DNA of 64,000 nucleotides from Epiperipatus broadwayi (GCA_028023455.1 JAQFVV010000002.1:2046001-2110000); one strand, 5' to 3'; counted from the stretch's first letter, positions 11,551 through 25,323 are shown. The notes: generated from the letters alone by a model not told the origin. Program-made: numbers and translations.

Positions 11551-13982
11551 TGTAGATATTATCCACCTGACCCAGGGTTATAAAATATTTTAGCCTCTTA
11601 GGACGGTCATTACGTGTATATAAAATTAGTAAAACGAATTTGATATAATGAATTTGGTAGAATGGAACCTACGTTAGTCAAATAGGGCTTTAGATAGAAT
11701 TTATATATATATATTATTGTTTTAATTACTATTACTCTTAAGAATTTTTTTTATATATATTATTTTAACTAATATTACGCTAAGAATTTTTTATATATAA
11801 TCAGTTTAACTAATATTACTACTATATGATTTCTAACCAGACACGGCCAAATTAGGCCATTTTAAATTAAACTATAAATTCTAGATCTGTGTATATAAAA
11901 TATCCGTTGCTTCATGTAATCTCTGCTTTCTATATTTCTATATATCTGTAAAAAAAATTTTTTTTCGTATTTAAATTATGTGATGTAGCAAATTTTTTTT
12001 TCTTTTTCCTTGCTTCCTTTGTTCTTCCTTAATTGTTCACAGGAAGTAAGGGGAAATGAAACAGTAAGATTCGTATTTGAATCTTAAGTTTCACCTTTTT
12101 CTATCGTCTCTCACTCACCGCTATATCCTACCCAAATTTAAACTTTTTGGTATTGAATTGTGTGTGTAGCAATATTAAAAATGTATAGATATATGTAGAA
12201 TTCACCATAAACATGCACACATTTCAATATCAAATTTAAGGCAATAAATAAAGATAAATAATATAATTTAGATTTCTTCTTTTAGTTATATAAAAATATA
12301 CAATTTTAACTATTTATTTTGAATTGTAAAATCCATTATTTGTTGCTTTGTTTAAATTTCATTTAGTAATAATTTTAGAAATAGATTGTAATATTTAATT
12401 AAAAGTAAAAATAATCATATGTTTCCTTTTGTATTTGAAATTTTAAAAGCAACGGTTGGTGAGAGATAATAGATTAATTAAAGAAAAATTCCCCAAAATG
12501 TAATTATAAAATGTAAAATGTAAATGTAAACAATAGAAAGGCAGCTTTCTCTATAATTAAACTTAACAAAAAAAATGCATTGATTATCCTCAAGGCAGAT
12601 TAAGTGGAATCCAAAAATAAACTATAACAAAATGTAAAAGATAAGATCTAAGAAAGGAGGCCATTTTAGACTTTCTAGAAACTTTCAGTTGAACTTTAGC
12701 TTTGCTCTTGAGCAGTTGAGAGTCTACAAAGATATATATTGTTTTTACATGCCACAGTATGCATGAGTAGAAAGCACCAAAGACTATTCTCCCCAGAGAT
12801 GGTCGATTGTTTGCCGAGAACCTATGCCCTCCATAAAATCAACCAAAGAAGATCTGCTGCCCCGAACAATTAGAAAACTGCTGCTGCTATTCAAATAATT
12901 AAATCACCTAAACACTGGAAAGAACTGCTATTGCTAGAATCATGAACAATTTGCTACTGATCACTGAATCGGAAAACTTCTCATAAAACAGGTACCTGTA
13001 TCCAAATTCTCTAGAGTACTCTACTAATATCCCACTATAGCTCATTCATCTTTTTATAACTTATAAACTATAAACTGTAAATTCTCATTTGTAAAACTAT
13101 AAATTTAAGAATTAATATTATGTAAATTTCTTTAACAATCTAGCCTGCCTAACTCTATCTTTCTTGGGTATGTATTTCTAAAATCTACATTTTATTATAT
13201 AATTATCACATGCTCATAATTTTCTAAGTATAAATTTATGATCGCTTGAAACAGTGGATGCATGTCAAATTTTCATTAATATTTACTTTCATAAATAACT
13301 TAATATTTTCATATAAATCGACATGCATTCAATGCTTCATTTATTGTAATGCAGGGGTCTACTGCTTAGCAAATGGCTGACATATTAGTTATAATAATCA
13401 CCCAGTTTACATATTGTTTATATTTTATTAAATTTTGATTAATAATTCCATAAAATTGCATTTCTTTGAGAGTCGCAAATGTTCTTTATTAAATGTTGAT
13501 AATGTAGGGCCAAATTATAAAATATATTTAAATCTTAACAGATTTGTCTGTACATTATACATGTGTTATGTTTTAGAGATGCGATGACCCATTACAAGCC
13601 TTGAATATTCTGGATTCTATAGGGTTGAAATTAACCCCAGTCGTCCTACACAAGCGGACATAATAAATGCTCCCATAGGGCTTGACGACCATCATGCAGC
13701 CAGCAGGCAATCATGGCACAAAACACTTGCCCCTGGTTATGCTTATGTGATACCTTACCTCTTTGGGCCTATGGCAAACGCCAGCCCATTTTTATAAACT
13801 CATTCACGGCTTTGCAGTTTCAATATACTGCCACTTCCTATCGCCTTTCTAAATGGGCCATGTGTTTCTTTTATTAACTTTATTATTCTATGTATAACTC
13901 TGTCCCTGCATTAGTGACATAATTCACTCTCAAATAAATGCTTGCCCCTAGTTATTAGTAAATATCTTTAATTAAATAAATA

Positions 13983-14666
13983 TGTCTGCCACTACTATTA
14001 TAAATCTTACTTTAGACTCTTGTATTGCAAAAGTATAAATCCCTAAAGGCATGCCTTAGGAATACTTGTTTGAGAATTTTAGGTAGCTAGATTATGTCAT
14101 CAAAAATGTATTTCTCTTTGTAAACATAACAGTATCGGAAAATACCGCTACTGAGATCTTAAATATAAAATATTATTGGTAAAATGATTTCGCATAAATG
14201 TTTCTAAATAAATAAATGTATTTCTTTAATATATAACAGTATCGGAAAATTCCGTTACTCAATTTTAAATATTACCAAATATTATTAGTAAATGATTTAT
14301 TATTAAAATGTTTCAATAAATAATGTCAAACTATACGTCTGTCGTTACTTCTTTATTTATTTATTCGATACCCATTCCATATTATATTTCCTCGATTCTG
14401 TAAAGATAAATGTTTAAGATTAATGTTCTGATTGGCTAACTCGAAATAAAATTCTTGATTCTCTTGCATTTCCCTGATCACCATGCCTAAAGAAATGTTT
14501 ACTAACATGGCATCAGATGTGTTGTTTCGTAGATTGTATTGTGGAACCAATAAACTATGTTCGAACTCAGTACTACGGGTGGCTTGCTACCTAGATGGTG
14601 CTGCTGTTCTGTGTGGTGGTCAGATTCTGCACTATGTTAATGAATCACACGTTTCTGACTGTTACA
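13983..14666 (+). repeat. 3' LTR of Gypsy 1 (portion shared with the 5' copy)
   Basis: Direct repeat of 6153-6838 ending CTGTTACA; no polypurine tract immediately upstream, so the true LTR may start earlier. Confidence 0.88.
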
Positions 14667-15537
14667 ATATTAAAAACTGAATGTCTTTAAAGAAATTTAA
14701 AATTTTTTAAAAAACATTTCAAATACATTCAACTGTTAGTAACATCATGCAGATTAGTATTTAACACAATGTTTCAAATGGTGTTATTCTCATCTCTTCT
14801 TTAGGTGTTGGTAGTTAAAGCACTACATTAAAAAAAATTAATATTCAGAATTTAATGGGTCTAGGATTGATTGTCATGCTAATACTGTCACTGATCAGGT
14901 CAGCAGCACCTGGAGACGAGAGGATAATAGTACCATCTAAAACATTTAGTTCTTAATATTAGATGTTGGAAATAGCCCAATAAATAATTAATACTAAAAT
15001 GCCATCACCACAAATCTTCAGATATTCAATAAACTCTATAAATTCTTTGATATAAGTAACACAGACTGGCCCAAAACTTTTTTCTTTTGTTTCCAAGATT
15101 TTTGAATTATGTTTATGTTGCACAATTTGGATTATATTAGAAATAACATTACTGCTATTTTTAAAAATGGCAAGATGATCTAAGTTAAACATAAAAACTT
15201 CAATTCTCCATAATTGATAATAAATATAAATAGATATTAATTATTCCATGGTAAATTTTGGATCATAAAATGTTACTTTTTTAAACATTATCCTTAAAAC
15301 AGAATTGTTAGATGACAGTTCCATTAAAAAAAGCACACATTAACAAATATTTTTATTGGTTTTGTGTTTAATATTGTATGACATCTTTCAACAGTAGTTA
15401 AATTAGATATAATCATAGATCAAAAGAAATTATTATTTTGTTCTCCCTCAAATTGTATTTACAAATTACCATTTTTTTAAAAAGAGAAAATTATAAATAC
15501 ACTGTTATATTTGAGAAAAACTGAAAAAAAAAGTTTT

Positions 15538-15611
15538 GTACAATCTTGTCAACATATTTTCTGTTAATAATTTAGTACAATCTTGTCAACATATTTTCTG
15601 TTAATAATTTA
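15538..15611. repeat. 37-bp perfect tandem duplication
   Basis: gtacaatcttgtcaacatattttctgttaataattta twice. Confidence 0.95.
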
Positions 15612-16626
15612 GAGCAAAACACAAATTTTGAAAATTTTCATTCACGTGTTTTGTTTTGTTTTTATTTTAGAAAGTCAATTATAAAAAAGTGAATATAAAC
15701 AAGTATTTTATACAAAAAAATAATTCAAAACTAAAAATAATGATAAAAAGTTAAAACTTAAAAATAAGTTAAAATGTAAACATCTTCCAGCATTAGCAAA
15801 AAAAATGAGATATTACTCCCAGAATAATCAAATGATAATGATATTTAGCTAAATATCCATTTCCCACTTTAATAGTGAATAGATAAATATATTGTGTACT
15901 TATTGGTTGCATGAAATAATTTTCTGCAAATAATTATATACTGATTTGGTAAATAGAAATATGAATTCCATATTACTGCTGATTTTTTTTTGTTTCCAAT
16001 AAATAAAAATGGTGTCACTAATGTGCACTAAATTTTACATTGCTGAGATATTCTTGACTTCGTTTAAGGAGAAGCCAAATTCATCACATCACATTTCATT
16101 TTGAAGCAATTGAAATAGTGGGGTTTTTTTTAGTTTTACTATTAATATCTCTATTAATTAGGCAGTTCTAGTTTTACTAACCCATCAATTTGTTAATTGC
16201 TTTGAATATATTTTTTTTTTTTAGTGCCGCTAAATATGTAAATAAATAATACATTCTAATTCGTGAGAAGTTCAAGAATCATAAATGAAAGAATTAGACA
16301 GCAATTCATAGATCTTAAGCTTCAGAAACTACCGCCCTATCACTGCATTGCTTTAATAGCGTTGCATACTCGGTATAAATACATTGTACTGATCATTCTT
16401 TTAATTGTTAATGCTTCTAACCTGTTAATTGTAAAAATAATGTTTCAAAAACAATAATGAATAGATCTGAGTTTATTTTTCTCTCTTTATAGTCATATAT
16501 ATATATATTGTGTGTGTGCGCGCGCGCGTGTGTTAATTTAAATTTTCTAATTGTAATCAAATTTGGAAAAAAATAATAATTCACGGAATGCCTTCATTTC
16601 TAAATAAGATTTTACTGTTAATATAG

Positions 16627-17990
16627 GGGTTTGAACTCAGATTTTTCAAGCATCCTTCAACTATCCACACTATCTTATGCAACTGATACACACGACCACA
16701 CAAATGTAGAAAAGATAAATAATCAGTTGCATAAGATAGTGTGGATAGTTGAAGGATGCTTGAAAAATCTGAGTTCAAACCCCTGAAGAGTGCCTGGTTT
16801 TCAAATATTTTATTGTTAATAATTTTTTTATCTCTATTTGTTTATTATCATTACATTTTTACTATTATGAAATGATGAAAATACAAACATTGCCAAATAT
16901 TATTACACTTTTTTTGTTGTAAAGGTCAAAATAGCAAGATCAGAATTAAATATTCACAAATCATAATAATTTTATAACTGAAACACAGGCTTATTATATA
17001 CCTGTGTCTATATATGTAATATATAGTGGAGAGTAATGGGTGGTGTGAAAGTCTGTGCTCATATACCCTATATAATAATTTTATGTAATATATATGGTAT
17101 ATGAGCAGACTTTCACAATCCACAACTCTATCTCATAACCCTGATACACTTGAATACATATATGTTGAAAAGATAAATAATCACCAATATACGTATTTCA
17201 TGCTAAACCAGCAATCATCAGTTGGTCCAGATTATCATCTCCACACATATATGCAATAAGTGCTCAGATATATATTAAAATAGCCAATCTCCATACTTTA
17301 ATGGACAAGTGTCAATCAACCCCACACTCCAGCTCTTCAACTGTCCATCCAATTGAAAATCTGATCATGGAATGCTCAAAGGCCACTCTGAGGCCGAGAT
17401 TCTCATCACACCCATTTGACCTAAAGTCAATCTGACCCCTCATGTACAGGGCATAATCCATTTAATACATATAGGAGAGATGGCAGACATCTCTACTATG
17501 TAATAACTGGCATACAGGCCTATTATATTCCTGTATCAATATATGTAATATATAGGTTATATGAGCACAAACTTTCACAACCCACCACTCTCCACTCTAT
17601 CTCATAACACTGATACACTTGAACATATATATGTTGAAAAGATAATTACCAATATTCATATTTCATGCTAAACCAGCAATCATCAGTTGGTCCAGATTAT
17701 CATTTCCACATATATATGCAATAAGTGCTCAGATATATATTAAGATAACCAATCTCGCCTGTCCATTAAAATATGGAGATTGGCTATCTTAATATATATC
17801 TGAGCACTTATTGCATATATGAGTGGAGATGATAATCTGGACCAAATGTTGATTGCTGGTTTAGCATGAAATACGTATATTGGTGATTATTTATCTTTTC
17901 AACATGTATGCGTTCAAGTGTATCAGTGTTATGAGATAGAGTGGTGGGTTGTGAAAGTCTGTGCTCATAAACCCAATAATTTTATGTGTA
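16627..17990. repeat. Cluster of direct and inverted copies of a hammerhead-bearing non-coding repeat (PLE pLTR-like)
   Basis: Inverted pair ~16627-16686 / ~16721-16783; unit copies at ~17095-17310 (-), ~17545-17757 (-), ~17759-17985 (+); related to 28206-28510. Confidence 0.85.
17183..17226 (-). ncRNA. Minimal type I hammerhead ribozyme fold (near-intact)
   Basis: Minus strand ACCAA-CTGATGA-TTGCT GGTTT AGCAT-GAA-ATACGTAT-A-TTGGT: stem I ACCAA/TTGGT, conserved core, stem II TGCT/AGCA, palindromic stem III, AUA cleavage triplet. Stem II closing pair is T.T instead of G-C. Confidence 0.7.
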
Positions 17991-19699
17991 AATTATACTT
18001 AATTAATACTTTATACAAATAATGAACTCATATGCTTAGTATTTAGGATCTACTTATAACAATGAAAATCATTCATCATCAGTGGCATTTTCTTAACAAT
18101 ATATCAATATATATATATATTTGATTTTTATTATGATATTGAATCTACTATTGTAAAAGATTTCTTGAATTGAAGGTTGTTAAATGATTGGATGGTAATA
18201 TACTTTCTTAATTTTTATTTTGTAGAGAGTTTGAACATGTTTTCTTTTTTGAAAAGGACAAATCTCATTTATATTATAAAGAATATCTGAAAACTATCCT
18301 AAATAAGTCAAATGATGATTGTTTTCATTGTTATTTTATGGATGAGAATGATAGTTACACTTAGCCGAACTGTGACAGACAATTAGGGAAGGATAAAGTT
18401 AAAATGCCGCAAAATAAAACATCAAATAAACTGACTAAATAAATGATCACCATTTTAATATATGAGGACATATTTGAGATTAACGTTGTTGGGTGCTTAA
18501 TAGTTATTTATCTTTTTTTTTTACTTTACTCTCTTTTTATTTATATAATTAAAATTGCTTCACTTGTTAGAGATCAACTACTAATATTGATAATGATAAA
18601 ACTAATATTTTTTAATAAAATGTTTATTCATTGAAAACTTTTTAATAAGATTATATAATAAATGTAAAATATTAAACTTTTTTTCAATTGGGTTTAGAAA
18701 TTATCGCTATTTTTTTCTTTTCAAACCAATATTTTAAAGAAAATATGACCAAAAATAAATATAAAAATGTTTTAAACAATAATATATAGTTTTCTTCATT
18801 ATAATTCTTACAATTTATTATTAAATGGTAATAAACTGTTTTGTGTTAAAGGCAGTCAATGTGAAATTCCTTTTGGAATAGTCTTGTATATTGATTGACT
18901 GTAGATTGCAGACACTTACAAATGTCCATGTTTAGAAAGCTTGACATATAAACAATTCATTGTTTAAAAATATTTGATTATAGTTCGAGATTTACGCATG
19001 TTATTGCTTTTATAGCATACCTTGTTACAAAATATATTGATTTCATTATTGAAAATTTTTTTTTTTTTTTAAAAAAGAGCATACATATACACACACGCAT
19101 TCGTAAGCAGTTATATATCTAATTACTATGCATTATAAATATAAAAGATGTTTGCAAAATATTTTTTGTTTACGAGATTGATTAAAACATTCAGCAAATT
19201 TTACTCATAAGGCTGCATGAACCTTGATTTAATTTACTTTTTTTTTAAAAAAAAAAAAAAATCTTTTTTTTTTTTTTTTAATTTCAATTCTATGCAATAA
19301 GTATTTTTTTTTCCATGAAAATCTAACTAAATAATCTTGATAATTGCCCTAATTACGTGGCTCAGTTGGCTGGGATTACAGCAGGATTCTCAATTTATAG
19401 GCAACATTGATGACAGTGAGAAATTGCCCTACATGCAATTCACAAAGGCCTCGTTAGCCGTGCTACTTGGATTATCCAAATAATCCTATTTAGCACTTAT
19501 ATCATGCAGTTTGCAGAGATTGTTTAAAACAAATTAATATATCCTAGTTACAATGCGGCAAATTAACACTAATAATTTGATACGTAGCTTTTCGCAATTA
19601 TTTAAACAGTGTATTTTGTAAGCTAAAATGGTTAAGAAAATAAGAGTAGCATATTTAACACTTTAACGATTATACAAGAAATATATATATAATCTATAA

Positions 19700-22600
19700 A
19701 TAATTTAATGGTCGAAGCCAAATAAATAAAATTCATTTATTGGTGGGCCGTGAATCATGGGCAGAACAAACAGAATTACTCCCAACAGATCCTAAATATT
19801 AAAAAAAAGACAAAAATAAATCTACTTTGCCTAAAGAAATGATTTTATATAATAAGAATAAATGAAAAGTGCAATGAATTAACTTCTAAAAAAACATTCG
19901 CAAAGTTAGAAAATAGAAAAAAATGAAATTAATACTACAAATGAAGTCAAAAATCGAAATAAAATTATACTTATTAGTCTAAACAGCCTGATCAAAGTAG
20001 AAAACGCAATAATGTAATATCTCAATCAATAAGTAAATTAAATGAATATTGGTGTTGGATTGCTGGGAACAATATCAATAATAGTAAAATAGATTATGAT
20101 AAATCAGATGGACAACCAATATTGTCTTGACCATCCATCTCTGAATATCTATTAGAGAAGCCAAACATGACAATAAAATCAATAAAATCTATTGCTACAT
20201 TTACTGCTAATCATTCATAGGACTTGAATATGATGAATAGCAGAAAAATATAATAAAATAAAACAAATTCAAACAAAAAAAAGAAAACCCCATAATATAT
20301 AGGCATATAATCCATGCACTATCATACTTCACAAATAAAATATTTTAAAAAAAAGCATTGAAAATATAGCAAAACTCATTAACATAATTAGAAATCTAAA
20401 TCCAAATATACCCATCAAAATGCCAATAAATACTTGGTGAATGTCAATTAAAGTGTAAAAGTATCAGTCTTCTAAAAAGCAACCTCATTGAATGTTTATG
20501 CAGTCCATATTTATGACTTTATAATTGTATAAGCTGCAGCAAAATATACAAAGCAAATAATGTGTAGTAACAGTTAATCCCCTAAAACATGAGCAGATGT
20601 GTCTACATTAATGAACTAGCATTGTTGAATCAGGATAATTAAGCACTAGCAGTAATTATAAATCTACAAAGCCAATCATAAAAGACAATGAATATCAAGC
20701 TACCATATCAATTACTGATCAATATATAAAAAAAAGAACAAAAATATTAAAATAAACACAATAGAAAAGGAATAAGCAGAGCACAACAAACAAAACACTG
20801 ATGATTTAGCAAAAAAAATCAAAACAGTTAACTTATATTGATGCAAACAATGAATTCTCACATTTAAAGAAAAAAAATATCAATGTGAAAGTCATAGTAT
20901 TCTTAAATTTTCTGATATGGTAAAAACTACAAAAATATTCCAATACTAAGGTAGCAGTTAAGCTAGATGTAAGTAATAAAATATGGGTTTAGAATAAATA
21001 CAAAAAAACAATCATGATAATAAATGAAATAATGATATCAGATCATAAAAGCACATGTAAGAAGTCATTGATCATTTCTCTCAGTCATAAGCATATCAAT
21101 AAGAAATGAAGATTTAAATCATCTTTATAATGATAATTGCAGCTTGAAAATATTGCCAGCTAATGTACTGGTATTAATGTCTATGAAAGAATAGTATAGT
21201 TAGCACAGTTCATGAAACTATATCAGGAACATATAATTGTGTTCACAAAAAAAAAATAATTCATCACTAACTTTACACTCATTTATTTAAATCCTTAAAC
21301 AAAAAATACACTTATAATCCAAACACACATTCATTCAGAGAATGGCAGTATTATTGATAAAGTTCACTATAACACATCTGTCAGTAAATGCAATTGTAAA
21401 ATTATTTCAATATTTAAAAAATATTGTTCAAATATTACATATCACACACAGCAGAATTCTACACAACCGGATGACATTCTCTCCAGTGATTTCAAGTGCT
21501 GTAATAATGCATTACCACTGTCATAAAATGACAAGCTTGGTCACCTTATATTGAGACCATTATCGTTGTTATATCCTCCAAAAAATGTATTTCCATAAGA
21601 GAATGTGAATCATCATTAATCAATCTTTATAACGATATCAAACAAAATATATATGATAAATATATCATGTGTTCTCTCACACTGTGTTACACTGAGAATA
21701 ATCACACCACTCTGTGCAATTATGATTACATTGTCAAAATAGCTATTCCCTAGAAAAAATATTAACTATTGATGACACCTCTACATAGCTGCTAAATATT
21801 ATTTCAAAATACATCATATCTTTTCAATTAAAGCTTGGTAAATATTTAAATGTATATTAAACATAATATGTCAGTACTATTAATAACATAATTCAACAGA
21901 TCTAGTAAACCAATGCCTGCATGGTATCAAAACCACATTAAATATGTTAATATACACAGATAAGGCAAAATCCTTGATCTATAAATAAAAAAAACATCAA
22001 TTATGAGTAGTGTCTATACAAGCATAATTCATTAGTATATAAACTAAGAAAATTATACTGAAACTATCAAAATTAATGAAATCAACCATAAGCTATGCCA
22101 ATACAATCACTATTAATAATTGAAACACAGGCTTATTATATACCTGTGGCTATATAATGTGAATGGCAATCTTTTTCTAACCCAATACTGTGAAATCATG
22201 ACTGGTATCAATGTAGATATAGTTATATTTGATGATATAAAAGAGAAGCTTCTCAAAGTCAATCCAAACCCACCTCCAAAACAATATATTACAATATTAG
22301 ATCAAAAAAGTTTGTAACTAAAAATTGTTTATAAGTAAACTAAAAGTAAATATAATACATGATTGAAATAAAATACCAACTGAGGTATCCAAAAACTTAG
22401 ATTACATCTTAATTTCAAAATTGCACAAATTTTACAATCAGCTCTATGTGGATAAAATTGTTCTATCTAATCTAACAACTAATATAATGAATTCTATTAG
22501 AAAATTAGAAATAACCTACAAGTAATAACAATAGAAAACATTAACAAAAGATATTACCAAGAATTATTCTCAAACAAAAGTTAATGATTTAGTACTGTTT

Positions 22601-22950
22601 AAATTATCTAAATTATTTCATGCAGTTAAGAATGTCAGCCTTTTCATGCCATACTGTTAGTCCAGGAGACCATTTTATGTACAAAATTCTGTAAGTATAT
22701 AATCTATTTAGCTTTCCATATAGATTTTAAGACAGCATTTGATATTGTGAACTGTGAATATAACTATTATCATAGCATCAACATATTTCTTGTAATAGCC
22801 ACACAGAACTATATTACTAATAGATCCATTAAATTCATATTATGTATATGTCTTTCAAAATTATTCAAACCTAAAAGAGGAATAATACTGCAAGGATCAT
22901 TATTAGCATTACTAATGTATGCAGCTTATGTAGGAGCATTATACAGATAG
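19700..22950 (+). mobile_element. Highly degenerate LINE (ORF1 knuckle-like region and RT remnants)
   Basis: Cys/His-spaced remnants ~20.5-20.7 kb; IPTEVSK..LHKFYNQL (~22370), AFDIV (~22737), GIILQGSLLALL.Y (~22880) correspond to RT subdomains. May be more than one element. Confidence 0.5.
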
Positions 22951-23029
22951 AGAAAATCACTAAATATTTTTATTTGTCATTTGGGAATCAAATAAACTTG
23001 TTTTGTCACACAAAGTTTCTGTGCTTCCA

Positions 23030-23960
23030 GAAGATAACAATTTTAAGCAGTAGATAACAGTCACATCCCTACTTCGTACATTTCTCCACTCCATTCTCTT
23101 CATTGCCCAATTCTTCACTTCCATATATTTCTTCCTATTATATCATACAGCAATGCCAATCTTTTCCAACCTTTCTTCTTATTTCCACCCATCATTCTCT
23201 CCAAAACATCTATCATTAAAATATTTTTCTTAATATATATACTCAATCTAGTTTACCTTTCTATATAAAATTTTCTTAATCATTATTTTTTTCCTTTATT
23301 CTTTTCAAACTTCTTCATTTGTCATTTTACTCATTCAACTATTTTTGCTATCCTTTTTATGACCATATCTTAAAAGCTTCCAATCTATTACTAATTTTTA
23401 TGCTCATTGTCCTTCCTCATTTCACAACAATATAATAGTACAGTCCACATACATCATTTAATTCATATTTTTCTTAATTCCCTCTTTAAAACCATTTTTC
23501 TTTTAATTTCATCTCACTTCATTTATCCTCACTCAGTCAACCACCCAATATCAAAATCCATTTTCCTGTTGAACTACATTACCATGGATTTCAATTTGCA
23601 ATTATTTTGCATTTCTCCCTGCCCATGATCACTTGGTATTCTCAACATTAATCTTTATTCCATATTCCATACATCCTTCCTCCAATTTATTAAATATATT
23701 ATGAAGATTCTATAAGAGCCATTTCATCTGCCAATCTTATAAATTTTACAATTCTACCTCTAACATTTGCTGCTTCACAATCTAAATACTTATTTAACAT
23801 GACTTCTAAATAAATATTAAAAAGCACATGTGACATTATACATTTGTCTAACTCCACTTTCTACATTAACTTCTAGCATAAAAATAGAAAATTATTTAAT
23901 TCTTTATTTTACACAATATATAATAAAATAAAAGCAACTTTTTATTCTAATGTCATCTAT
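23030..23960 (-). mobile_element. RTE-clade LINE 3' fragment
   Basis: Minus strand: GVRQ...FNIYLEVML...GRIVKFIRLADEMALI...EYGIKINVENTK...VLLYCCE...RLEAFKIW...KMTNEEV, the typical RTE RT-to-C-terminus series. Confidence 0.8.
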
Positions 23961-25323
23961 AGTAAAGTTATGTAATGAATAATTACCAGATAATAATGCA
24001 TTTAAATCCCTTCTCAATAATACTTTTTTGCTGAGACTTGGAATTCAAAGCTGAAAGTAATGTAGTTATGCATCTAGCAAAAATTGAATTATTTTAATTT
24101 TCAAGCTAAAAGCCTAAAAATTTGAATTTAAGCATTTAGCCTGAATAGTAAAGTTACTAAGGGAACAATTATACTGCTTCCAGCTTTGAATTTCTAAACT
24201 TTACTGGTAAAACCCAGAACCAGTCTGGTAATAAAGATTTAAATGCATTACAATACTGTAAACATTGTGTACTTAATCTTACTATAGACGACATTAGAAT
24301 AGAAGGGTGTTCTTGTTATATATATATTGAAACAATTAATTTTGATTGCTTGCCTGTTTTACTTATTTTACCCTGACACCTATACCTATGCCAGGTTTAA
24401 ACCCTTTCAGAGTACCTACACAAACAACATTGAGCGACTATGTATGTATGATTGCACATATATATGCGAGTGATAAGCCTGCAATTGGATGACATATGTA
24501 TATATTACAGATATATGTTGTTTGTTTTAAAAATTGCATAGTTAAAAAAGTGATTTAATTTAAAACGTTAATCTATTTTATCTTTATTTTGCTGGAATCG
24601 CATATATAGAGAGAGTATTTTCCAGGTACTGTGATCCTACATATATGGTGGCAGAATTAGTTTTATACTGATCATAAATTCAGTTTTTAGTTTAAATTGT
24701 AAACAATTTAAATTAGACCACAGTGACTGTCTTGGTTTGGTGTCAGTCTGGTTTAATAGCCTTAAAATTGACAATAGCATTTCTGAGAATTAATATTCTT
24801 TTGAAATTAATTAAGTCATAAAATATAGAACAATACGAATGAGATTTAAATAGTGATATCAGGTTAAGGTTAGAATTTAAGTATTAAATGACTTAGATTT
24901 CAGGGGATTTTCTAGCAGTGTTCAAACTGGTAAACAAGCAGATGTTCAGCCATAAAATTTGTATAAATAGTGCAATTTTTGTAGGCAATAGATATATACT
25001 ACATTGTTTGTAAAGAGTTGCAAGCTGAACCCATGCCCATTTTATCTTTAACATGGATAAAAAGGTGTAAACTCATCATATCTCTTGCAGGATATGATAG
25101 ACCAGGGTCCCAACTTGGCCTGTGGCTGCACTTAACCAGCATGTCTGCAATGGACTAAATTACAATGTAGCCATCAGCCTACTATTGTAAGAGGATATCT
25201 ATGGAAACCTAGCCACCCATCAAGAATAGTGCCATCATCATCCAGGGGCCTGAAGCTGCAAAGAATCAAACTGGTAACCTTTTTAATTACCACAGAGCTC
25301 TGTGTATAAACTGTTAATATTGC

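Larger units (their letters stand above)
6153..14666 (+). mobile_element. Ty3/Gypsy LTR retrotransposon 1 (non-functional)
   Basis: Direct terminal repeats, Lys-type PBS, and gag-PR-RT-RNaseH-IN domain order typical of Ty3/Gypsy. No matching TSD found (TATA vs ATAT). Confidence 0.92.

Noticed and set aside
11550-13982. env gene of an errantivirus-like element
   Set aside because: No ORF of 60 aa or more in the supplied track and no signal peptide, furin or TM pattern seen.
14800-15200. DDE transposase remnant (LDGTIIL on minus strand)
   Set aside because: Single short motif, no termini or second motif.
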